64,000 nt of DNA, taken from assembly GCA_024704765.1 (NCBI GenBank), contig JAKMXF010000324.1:1-64000 (forward strand), read 5' to 3'. The notes below the pieces were generated by a model, which saw only the letters and a list, made by a program, of their open reading frames with translations, ran no database searches and was not told the origin of the DNA. Position 1 is the stretch's first letter, and every line of letters starts with the position of its first letter. The position numbers and the translations under genes are program-made. The stretch comes from Oopsacas minuta. Lineage: Eukaryota; Animalia; Porifera. Shown here piece by piece: positions 1 through 9,745 of the stretch.

Positions 1-24
1 CTTATATGAATCACAAATTATAGA

Positions 25-2361
25 ATGTTGATATTTCTTGATGTTGTGTTCTTCTCTCTGTTGTTGTTTATCTTTAACGTTAGACATTCAGCTCAAGGTT
101 TGTTATACTTAATCCTTACTTAATTTGATAGTACCCATAAGCCATGTGCTATGCATCTGTCATCTGCAAACTCTACTCTCTTTTCCTTTAGTGAGCATAA
201 CATTTTCCCCCAATGAGCCTCTTTGTATCGGAGAACAGCTGGAGATGATCTGCTACATAGAACCTCCTCCTTCTGAATCATTTGGATTATCAACAGCTCA
301 AGTATCATTCAATGGATCTACTCCTGCTAATTTGGGTCAAATCAACAACGATGATGTAATAGGAGGAATAGATCTAACCAGATACTCAGCTAACACAGAT
401 GGACTAGATACTACCCCTGCTAGACCTGGTATTAGACTGATTATATCTAGTTATCTGCCTCTTGATAGTGATACCACCTTTGGATGTCATGGAATATTCC
501 CTAATTCGTCTACCTCTGATGCTATAGTGTCTGGTATGCCTATGGGACAAGCTGGTGAGTAATTCTTTTACTTAGAGTTAGATTTTCTGATCCTCTAGCT
601 CCTTTATAGATTTCCTATCTTCTAGCTGTTCCCCTCCCTCCCTCCTCCCTCCTATCTACTCTCTCAGGAATTAATTCTAACACCTGTGAGAGTACAGTAG
701 ATCTATCCTGGACACCTGGAGCTAGTGACAGAGAGATTGAGTACTTCTTGTTTGAGGATGGAGCTGATTTGAATAATTTCAATTCTTCTATCACTCAATA
801 TTCCTTCTTAACTTCTTTACAGTTAAATACGAATTATTCATATTCTATACTAGCTATGAGTTGTGCTGGTAACTCTACTACTCAAACAGCTGATCCTATT
901 GCTGTTATAAGTAAGTGTTGGAATTATTTATTTGTTTATTTGTTTATTGATTCTATGTAGGTTATTCATTGGCTGATAACAACCCAGATATATTCCTCAC
1001 TTATAATCAATCAAATGGAATGCTTACTTTAGAATGGGTGAGTTGTTTGTTTGTTTGTTTGTTTACTATAATTGTTTATTTCTGTTATATAGTCTCTCCT
1101 ACCATCACCAGTGGATCAAGATATCCTCATAGAGTACTCATTAGAGCTGTATTATAATCACACTCTATCTGGCACTACTGACCAGTTCTCTAACTCTTCT
1201 ACATTCCTACAACTCTCTTCTATCACTGTTTACTCTATAAACATAACTCCACATACTTCCTCAGATAACACAGGAGTATTAACTATCATAATTGCTTGTC
1301 TAAACATTACACAACAGTGTGGACAACAATTGACTAGTATACAGAGGTGTTCTGTCTATAACTCTGGTAATATTTGGAATAATCTCTGTTTTGATATTAT
1401 CATCATTAATCTATTCTTCAATATCCATGGTACTATTTGTATTGATTAGATAATCCACCTATGACTACTACCCCTCCTACTGCTACTGCTACTGCTACAT
1501 CTGTTAATGTTACTGGAACTACAGCAATGAGTGAGTATATTTACATTCATTAGCACAGGCCAATAGAACTATTTTCACCCCTGTCTTAGCCAGTAATTCT
1601 GTGTTTCTATTTATCCATGTCATATATTTCTATCTAATAGTTACTACTGCTACCTTACTCCGTAAGTTATCTGTATATCTGTCTATCTGATTCTATCGCT
1701 ATTATCTGTATATCTGTCTGTCTGTAGCTATAATCATAGGAGTAGTAGGAGCTATTGGAGGTATACTACTGATACTATTCATAGTACTATTCTTCATTAT
1801 GTTATACATATGCTGTATAAGGAAGAAGAGAGGTAATACATTACCTTAATACTCTACTATTATTATTGTTTATTGTTGTTTAGTTCAATCTAGCCCGAAG
1901 AGAAGTACACAAGATGATCAGTAAGCTAGACACTCCTATACACATATGTATATATTGTTTACTTGTTTGTTTATATTATAGTGTTGTACTAGCCGTTACT
2001 CCTAGCTCAGAACCTCATCCAGATACTCAACCTACCTATGCTCAAGTAAATAAGGCTAAATCTCTTAAGACAGCTGAGTTATACAGCTCTGTTAATAAAC
2101 CCAAGGTAATGACATAGAGTATAGTGTTATAACAATAATAATATTATTAAGCTGGGTAACAGGATCCAGATTTACATATTTTCAAACCTCTAGCCTGCTC
2201 CACAGTCAGAACTAATGTATCTTGAGCTAGATCACATGAGGACAGCTTCTGATAGAATTAATCCCTCTTCCATTCCAACTACTAACTATTCTGATTTAGC
2301 TCAACTACCTAGATCGGAACAAACCACGTACGCTACCGTAACCGATGGACCGCTACATTGA
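25..2361 (+). CDS. Single-pass immunoglobulin-like/fibronectin type III receptor with tyrosine-motif (ITIM/ITSM-like) cytoplasmic tail, ~535 aa, 11 exons
   Basis: Hand-assembled phase-consistent GT-AG exons: 25-97, 192-554, 626-910, 961-1037, 1093-1366, 1450-1530, 1641-1661, 1728-1832, 1884-1920, 1982-2105, 2194-2361 (1608 nt). Signal peptide MLIFLDVVFFSLLLFIFNVRHSAQ; Ig-like C...C domain; FN3-like repeats (VDLSWTPG...LQLNTNYSYSILA; LTLEWSL); Thr-rich stalk; TM IIIGVVGAIGGILLILFIVLFFIMLYICC then RKKR; tail motifs TYAQV, LYSSV, LMYLEL, TNYSDL, TTYATV. Confidence 0.8.
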
Positions 2362-2650
2362 CCCCTTGTCCTCTTGTCCTCTATTAACCTCCTATGTGTA
2401 CATATTTGTGTTTGTATATTTTAGCACTTTTACGATATTTTGATGATTTAACGCTTTCTGATGATTCATTTGTTTTGACTGATTCTTAGACACACATATT
2501 CTTATTTATCTGTTGTTTATTTTGTTTATTTGTTTATTTATTTGTTTATTTGGGTTAAGCTATTCAGTATATGATTAATTAACAGTTACATAAGGTGTTA
2601 TATTGACACATGCAGGTCACTTGGCCTGAAACAGAATTATGGAGGTAGTA

Positions 2651-2781
2651 CAGCGGACCCCAATCTTTCCACCTGTGTACCCCTCCCATAGACTGTAATA
2701 CACATTTTGAGATTCTGTGGGCCCCCTGCTGTTGTCCGTGGACCACCAAGTGGACAATGGACTCCAGGTTGGGTACCTCTG
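2651..2781. mobile_element. hAT (Charlie-like) non-autonomous MITE, family H, copy 1
   Basis: Imperfect TIRs cagcggaccccaatct / aggttgggtacctctg. Internal core gtgggccccctgctgttgtccgtggaccaccaag is shared with copies near 25322, 38597, 44565, 58995 and 63303. Confidence 0.6.
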
Positions 2782-3034
2782 AATATTTGTTCTGATTAAC
2801 TGGTTTATTGTCCCAATTATGTTTATAGTGGTCATCTGTACATAGCGGACACTTTTTGCCCCCTGCCACCACTTTGTATTGACATGTGAAAGGGTACAGA
2901 TCTCTCCGACCCCTTGGTGGAAATCTATATATTATTATATATTTAATCTCACAAATAACAAACAAACAAACAATATATATATGATGTATAACATAACACA
3001 TAATATAGAGGTAGTATCCAGTTTGTGTTAAGTG

Positions 3035-5919
3035 TTAGTATTCAGGTGCTATTCCTGCTACCATGTTCTCTTCTATCCCGCACTCATTATCACCTCTTAA
3101 TATCTTGAAGTATCCTACAATAACATAATACACTAACTCCTGTTATATACACATAAGGTCCCAAACCGTCAAAGTAACATATAGTCCCTCGGTTATATCT
3201 CAGTAATTATTACTGACTCTTGAGCTTAGATTTAACGGGAGTTGACTGTCACTACTATATGTATGTATATTTCGTCACCTAATATTATCGCTTCCGTTAG
3301 TTATGGCGGAATTTATTCCAGACTTGTGTAACCATAAAATGAACAGGAAACTATTTGACAGCCCTGATAACGAAATTAAAACAACTTCGAATCAATACGA
3401 CAGCAAAAGATTCCTCATCAGAATCAGATGATAGTTTTGAGGATTACCTCTCTAAAATTCGTCCCAAATCTCCTATATTAAAGCCTTCCCCTACAGTTAT
3501 AATAGTCAGTGACTCTAACGATATAGAATACAATTCTAACGAAAATACTCCCGAAAAATCCAAGTTAATTCGAGGCAAAAATCAACAAATATCTTCAGAG
3601 GGGCTTTCTAGTCCGATACACGAATTAGAGAATTCACTTAAATCATTAGAAATCGGTGAAGTTATTACAATTGATAGCGATGATAGTGACACAAATTCTG
3701 ATAATGACATATTCTACACACCTATCAGTAAACCCATTATAAGCTCAAAATTTGTGACACCAAAATCAACACCCTTAATAAACACCCCAAAATTGGAATC
3801 TTCTGTTGTAAAGAAGTTTACTTCTAACCGGAAAGAATTAGGAGACAATTGGTACTCCATTTTTAACGAGACTGTCTTCTCGTCACAGTTACCGAAAGAT
3901 CTTAATATTATTTGGAACAAAAATCTTACAAAAACAGCTGGTTATTGTGAGTATAAATTCGATAAATCCTCACCTACAGTCACAAGGACAATAACCATCA
4001 ATTTATCTACTAAAGTTATAACAAATGAAAATAGACTAAAATCCACTTTAATCCATGAAATGTGTCACGGTGCCACTTGGATGATAAATGGTGTGAAGGA
4101 AGGACATGGTCCCATCTGGAAAAGTTGGGCCTATAAAGCTAGCCAAGTGTACCCAGATTTTCCACCTATCACAAGATGCCATTCATTTTCAATTGACACT
4201 AAATTCAAATACAAATGTACTAATTGCTATTACACAATCGGACGACATTCTAAGTCAATCGACACCTCCTCAAAATGTTGTCCACTCTGCAGATCAAGAA
4301 TTGAACTCGTGCCACTCACAGACAAAAAAGGCAATCCCAGAAAGCTTAATATATTCGCAGAATACGTTAAGGATAATTATAATTCTTTGGAGAAAAGTCT
4401 ACCACACAAAGAAAAGATGAAATGTCTATCAGAAAGTTTTAGAGAATTCAAATTACAGTCTACTCCTATAAAATCAGCTGATTATTAGATTGTTTACTTT
4501 ATGCACTTGTTAAACTGATAATTTGTTTGTTTTATTTATAATTGTGTCACTTCATTAAACAGGCCTTACTACAAACTTTACTCACCTTCTTCACCCCAAT
4601 CAGAGTTCCATGAGTTAGCAGCTAACCAATAGTCCACACCATTCTGACTTCCCCAACCCAATATTTTCACTGCATGTCCTCCTTTGAATTCTCCTTCACT
4701 ATACTGGTATACACCTGTAGAGTATAAAAATATAAAATTCAAACCTGTGCGGACAGCTTGTTTTGAGTGGCACTAGAAATTGGAGGCACTATGCGTGTTG
4801 GGGTTAGTTTCAACAGATAGTGCCTTCAAGACTGTCCGCACAGGCCAATAAATAATATTACCTGATTTATAGGTAAGGAAATCAGTGTATACTTTAAATG
4901 CAGCTTCGACAGGTCCTCTTTGGTAGATTTCTGACATGATACTGCTCACATTCTTCGGGACATAGTAGTACTTACTTCCCTTATGCTTGTCATCCGAATA
5001 ATCCGTCGTGTAACCCTCTCTACACTCCGTGACACATTCAGGGGTCGACACTATGTCACCACAGGCTGGGTATTGTCCCTCTACGTGGTGGGAGCATTTG
5101 GCTATAGGATAGGGTCTGCAACCCCTGAAACTGTTATATGATCCTCCTGTTACTATTCCTGTCTTGTACCAGTATCTCCTATAGTGATATATCCTAATTA
5201 CTAACCACATTTACAAATTCCCCCAATTCCACCCGAAAATATCCAGAAATATAGCGAAAAAATGGAAAAATGGATAAGACCTGAAATTCTGTAAGTGTTG
5301 GGAAATATGTATATTATAATTTTTCAGAGGTTATTTGTTTACAAAACTCACCATGCCTCAATAGGATACCCTCCTTGACACCCATAACCACACTTATTGC
5401 AACATGACAACAGATCTACAGCTGATATATGTATATCTTTAGATTGCTTTATACATATTCTGTCTGATATCGCTTCTACAGCTGCTACAGCCTAAAGTGT
5501 AAACACAAATAGCTGAGGCTCTATAATATGAAATTCCACATATTTGAGTGTCTCATTTCCTAATTAATAGGTGTTAATATATATAAACTTACCCAACAAC
5601 TTCCACATGAACCTTGATCTCTAATCTCACTCACAGATTTACAGCTACTATACTTATCTCTTACATCGTAACTGTCAGGTAGAGCACCTAATTCCACCTC
5701 AGGCCATTTAGTGCCCTCAACACCACGAGAAGCATCCAAAAATGTACCCATTTGTGACATAATGAACTCATCAGAGGCCTTATCGAACCGTGTATTCACA
5801 CCAGCGCGCCATGTGGCGCCTAAACTATTTACCCGCCTAATTATCCCATCAGTTCTTACATCACAATACACATTTGTTAAAAGAAACGCACAAACTAATC
5901 CCAAAGTTATTCCCTTCAT
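3035..5919 (-). CDS. CTSB: Cathepsin B (papain family C1A), 330 aa, 5 exons
   Basis: Exons 5919-5593, 5491-5352, 5178-4862, 4714-4586, 3114-3035 (993 nt, phases consistent). Signal peptide [19 protein letters not shown]; catalytic motifs [31 protein letters not shown]; occluding loop CSHHVEG; final exon [26 protein letters not shown]. Confidence 0.95.
3131..3248. mobile_element. pogo/Tc1-like MITE, family A, copy 1 (in cathepsin B last intron)
   Basis: Core ggtcccaaaccgtcaaagtaaca...gagcttagatttaacgggagttgactg is shared with 31014-31165 (reverse), 47657-47790 and 63713-63854; the ends resemble CAGT...ACTG. Confidence 0.7.
3303..4488 (+). CDS. GCNA: GCNA/ACRC-like SprT metalloprotease (DNA-protein crosslink repair), ~383 aa, nested antisense in cathepsin B intron 4
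   Basis: Acidic/Ser-rich disordered N-terminus; SprT domain [14 protein letters not shown]...[11 protein letters not shown]...GHGPIW; Zn ribbon YKCTNC...CCPLC; C-terminal HMG-like [11 protein letters not shown]. The long ORF has no in-frame ATG before HExxH. ATG 3303 joins it via a predicted 34-nt intron 3328-3361 (gtaacc...tttgacag). Confidence 0.88.
4744..4844. mobile_element. Short inverted-repeat element (MITE family C) in cathepsin B intron 3
   Basis: Perfect 13-bp TIR cctgtgcggacag / ctgtccgcacagg. Internal aattggaggcactat is shared (reverse) with the copy at 32236-32384; a partial end lies near 19281. Confidence 0.7.
5211..5305. repeat. Dispersed repeat (family F) in cathepsin B intron 2
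   Basis: ttacaaattcccccaatt...aaaatatccagaaatata is similar to 61658-61760 (ttacaaatttccccgatt...aaaaatatccagaaatata). Confidence 0.5.
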
Positions 5920-6416
5920 TGCAATGTATAAATTCTGCCTACAAACAGCATTTATACAAAATATGCCGTATAAGTTAGCGAGAATGGTTTCCAATACAAT
6001 TTGACGTCACTTTACATATTGCCATCTTGTTATTAGTATTATTAAAGGAAGCTATTGGAATATATTTAGTGTATTAGTCACTACTTGTTTGGGATAATAT
6101 ACTGAGAACGAATTCATACAAACCATACAGGTGATGCATTACTTTTCGTTTATTCGATAAAACGATAATTAAGTCAAATCGACTACACACGATTATAAGC
6201 AGTAAACAACAACAAATACGTTGTCTCTTCATTATGGTAGAAGTTACTTCCTCAACCTTTCCACCCGTGGACACCTTTTACCAATTCTAACACCTCCCAT
6301 GACTTCAATACAAAATTTGAGATCCTGTGTGGTATAATATTTATATCAACATCAACAAACCAGCCAAGTACACAAATATATATACAAACAAATAAACAAA
6401 CAGATACAACCTCTCT

Positions 6417-6969
6417 CTATATAATCATCTCCTCGTCTGTAGTTGTTTCTATTTCCTCTTTACCACTAGTACTGTTATCAATAGTATCAGCTGTTCTAAC
6501 AGCTAGGTTAAGGATCTGTTTGTTTACGTCTTCTTCATTTGCTGATATATCTATAAATGTAACACCTGCTAATTAATGGTAAACAGGGTGGTGTATACGA
6601 TGTAATAACTCACTTGTATTCTGTTTACTTGTCTCTCTTTCTGTTGTTAGTGGTGTTGATACTTCAGATCTCTTAGCTGTGCTATTTGTTGTTTCTCTGT
6701 TTTGTTTTGTTTTAGTTGTCTTCTTTGCTGTAGTTATTGTTGACGTTTGTTCACAAGCTAGTAGTTCTCTTAATGCCTTCTCTTCTACTTGTAACCTAAT
6801 CGGATAAATAATCAAGGTGTGCTAACGGTTGTAGCTGTGCTTACCTGCATAGTTGTTCTTTGAGCCTACGCTTAATGCCAGAGAGAGTATCAACCTCTCT
6901 AACCATCTCTACAGACAGTTTAGAAGCATTCTCCACTAGTGACGTAGTGTTATATGAACCTGACATCAT
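6417..6969 (-). CDS. SNAPC5: SNAPc subunit 5 (SNAP19)-like protein, 152 aa, 3 exons
   Basis: Exons 6969-6845, 6795-6614, 6568-6417 (459 nt; introns 49 and 45 nt with gtaag/gtgag donors). EVDTLSGIKRRLKEQLCRLQVEEKALRELL matches the SNAPC5 coiled-coil pattern (EEETLLRLKAALHDQLNRLKVEELAL); acidic C-terminus. Confidence 0.72.
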
Positions 6970-7730
6970 AACAGTATAACTACCAGAATCGAATGTTTAA
7001 GATTAGATAACCATATTGCTATCAATAGAATATTCCAGTTCTATTATTTAATAATTATAATAATTATATCAGAGGAATACAAATAAAATATAATAGAATT
7101 CATATAATCAGTAAATGTGCATATTCTGTAACCATTACGTTGTGTGAATATTCTAATACTAGTTTGAGCCATGTAGAGCCACTATTACTTGTGACTCAAC
7201 CACTTTACATCACCATATATCGAAAACTATACGTCCGTTTCATATGCTCAAAATTGTAAAAATGTAGGTCAGAGTGATCTCTTCCCGAGATTTATGCCTC
7301 AGGACAATTCGTCCCTACAAATATTATAATATACAGGGCCTAGGAAAAGAGCTGCTATAATATCTGCAATTTGGCTCAGGCCAGTAGATCTGGACAATAA
7401 GTAAGGAATTTCATAAAAGTCCTTACAAATAATTGCTAGATAAAATTAGCTAATATTTCTAGAATATTAATGTAATACATCTTAAAACTTAGCATTGTAT
7501 GCTTGCAAGACTGATTATAGTGATATTAATGCAGTTTTTCTACTTTTCTCTGACGTAACAAGTTCGAGTAGTTTCTGCTGAATAGTAATTTTCTACAATT
7601 TGGCTCAAAATAGCTTAATTATAATGGCGTTGGATTCTATTTCAGGATTTCCTAGAGTGTAATGAGATATCTTACCATTACAATCTGTAATATATAAATA
7701 ATTCCAAGTAAATACACAAAGAAATACAAA

Positions 7731-9332
7731 ATGCATAAGAAGAATAGTACCAAATTCCTTGTAACTATTTCCTATAAATCTATTGATTTCGAATTCGCGC
7801 AACACTTCGAACCAGATGATATCAACATTAAATGGTGGCGACAGTTTAGAACTACAGATTCACTTAAAATCGGTGAATCCCCGATCTGGAATAAAACCAG
7901 AGTTGATGACAATGGTTTCAGTGGTGGACAAGCTATTTATAGGTTCAGTTGCAGTCCGACTTTGAGAGTAACTCTGCATAAAGCGAAAAAGGACAAAGAA
8001 TCATTCGAACGAAAAGTCTACCGATTTGCAATAGAATCAATACGTTACGATGGTAGGGCAAAGACTCTGGCATCAACAGAACTAGATATGAGTGATTATG
8101 CTACTGCATTAGGGGACACGCAGTACCTCGCAATAGCATTGGAACCTAAGAAGAAATATGTATTGAAGGCTGTCATTAACTTGTCAGTAAATTACGAGTT
8201 CATCCGGTCGGGCAATTCAAAAGACGCGGATATGATTAGCACGTGGTCACGGGAGAGTTTGGAACATTTGTGTAATCCTGAGGAATGCGATGGGAATGCA
8301 ACCTTCATTGGAGATGGAGTATGGGATTTGAGTGTTAAGTCCTTAGCAAGGAAGATACGAGAATATAAAGGAGACCTGTTGGTACAAGGAATAGAAATTC
8401 AAGATTTTCTAAAAGAACTCTCGCAGTGTCAACTAACTGTCATAATTGCAAATTCTGAGTGTAGCGAGGGAGCTAGTGAGATAGTAAGCTCAGTTAATAG
8501 TTTTTATTCAGCTGTTACATCCAAATTTGGAAACAAAATCGAAGTTATTTATCTCTCATTTGGTAAACAAGATGATACACAAACTATTCAAGTTAATTGT
8601 CCAAGAATAAAACCTTATTCAGGACTACATGACGTGTTGATTCAGGATTTTGACATCACGACATCTCCCTACCTCATCGTGTTATCTAAAGACCAGTTAA
8701 TTACCTGTACTTCTGATCCAAATTCCATCCTATCACAAATAAACTCAAAGACCTGTGAGTCAATCGTCGAAAAATGGCTGACAGATGCAGCAAATAATCT
8801 CCACAAACACTCAACAGAATCTTTACCTATAAAACAAGCAAATAAAGAATTCACACTTCAGACAGTGCATTCACTACCCAACTTGGAATTAGAAAATAAA
8901 ATATCGAATATTCGCAAAAAAGTACTCAGACGTTCTTCCTTGTTTTCTGGCCTTCAAACTGTTTCTGAGAAAACCGAGCCTTTGACGGTAATACAGGCTG
9001 AGTATAATATTGGGGGTACGCTTATGAAACGAGGTGTTAGTGGCATAACTGGCAGAATGTGGCGACCGCGACAGTTCAAATACCAAGATGGGAAGATAAT
9101 TTATATTGACGCAAAGAAAAACGAGGTGAAGGGTCACATAGACCTCTCAGAGGTGATATCATTCGATATACTACCAATTGACAAGCAAGATAAGAATAAT
9201 GGGACTTTTAATATAGTAACACGTGATAGAGTGTTTGAAATGCAAGCTATGGATAATGAGCAGATGAAAAGCTGGATCGATGCAGCAGTTACATTGCAAA
9301 AAGCTATTACTTTTAATAATCAAAAGGATTAG
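7731..9332 (+). CDS. NT-C2 (EEIG1/EHBP1-type) + degenerate nucleoredoxin/tryparedoxin-like + PH domain protein, paralogue 1, 533 aa, intronless
   Basis: Uninterrupted ORF. NT-C2 signature (INIKWWR...LRVTLHK...FERKVYRFAIES...LASTELDMSDY); Trx-like SFYSAV...IEVIYLSFG...SPYLIVL; C-terminal PH GTLMKRG...WRPRQF...VFEMQA...SWIDA. Confidence 0.85.
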   Translation: MHKKNSTKFLVTISYKSIDFEFAQHFEPDDINIKWWRQFRTTDSLKIGESPIWNKTRVDDNGFSGGQAIYRFSCSPTLRVTLHKAKKDKESFERKVYRFAIESIRYDGRAKTLASTELDMSDYATALGDTQYLAIALEPKKKYVLKAVINLSVNYEFIRSGNSKDADMISTWSRESLEHLCNPEECDGNATFIGDGVWDLSVKSLARKIREYKGDLLVQGIEIQDFLKELSQCQLTVIIANSECSEGASEIVSSVNSFYSAVTSKFGNKIEVIYLSFGKQDDTQTIQVNCPRIKPYSGLHDVLIQDFDITTSPYLIVLSKDQLITCTSDPNSILSQINSKTCESIVEKWLTDAANNLHKHSTESLPIKQANKEFTLQTVHSLPNLELENKISNIRKKVLRRSSLFSGLQTVSEKTEPLTVIQAEYNIGGTLMKRGVSGITGRMWRPRQFKYQDGKIIYIDAKKNEVKGHIDLSEVISFDILPIDKQDKNNGTFNIVTRDRVFEMQAMDNEQMKSWIDAAVTLQKAITFNNQKD

Positions 9333-9368
9333 TAATTTATTTAGTGTGATTGTAAATTAAGATTAATT

Positions 9369-9539
9369 AAAATTAGCCCAGAAGAACCCTCTTTATTGCA
9401 ACATCGCCTGGCAAAAATGCGAATTCCGTCCGGGATACCACCAAGTCCAGCTATCTCTCAAGAAGGTGACAAAATTTTCTATCCACTGTATTGTAAGAAC
9501 TGTCCTGTCTATGCAGCATTCTTAATTCGTTATACATAG
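9369..9539 (+). mobile_element. Possible decayed Ty3/gypsy reverse-transcriptase fragment
   Basis: Open frame KISPEEPSLLQHRLAKMRIPSGIPPSPAISQEGDKIF...CPVYAAFLI resembles gypsy RT RLPFGISSAPAIFQRxMDKIL...VYLDDILI; locally GC-richer than its flanks. Weak similarity, judged by eye. Confidence 0.3.
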
Positions 9540-9745
9540 CTCGAATATGCATAATTCCAGAAATGTATATCACCTACATATCCTGCAATCACAAAGTACA
9601 GTTATACAATTCAAATATCATATAGCATACAAAAACTGACTCTGTATACACCATAATTAATGCATTGGCTGTAACATAATACTATAAGAGTCTATAAATA
9701 GTTAAGCGATAGGTACAGGCTGAGTTTAGTAGAAAATTGCTGGAA

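Noticed and set aside
2579-3001. 140-aa minus-strand ORF (and 2617-2835)
   Set aside because: No recognisable domain; it overlaps a family H MITE and the cathepsin B 3' UTR region, and starts within a microsatellite-rich stretch.
3355-3357. TTG start given by the ORF track for GCNA (and other TTG/GTG/CTG starts)
   Set aside because: The genome is eukaryotic; a short intron to ATG 3303 or a downstream ATG explains these ORFs without non-AUG initiation.
6074-6274. 66-aa minus ORF with a hydrophobic CCCLLLIIV stretch
   Set aside because: GTG start, no homology recognised, lies in the SNAPC5 3' UTR/CTSB upstream gap.
9380-9480. Possible snRNA on the minus strand (contains an Sm-like ATTTTTG)
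   Set aside because: No match to U1/U2/U4/U5/U11/U12 hallmark sequences; a decayed gypsy RT reading fits slightly better.
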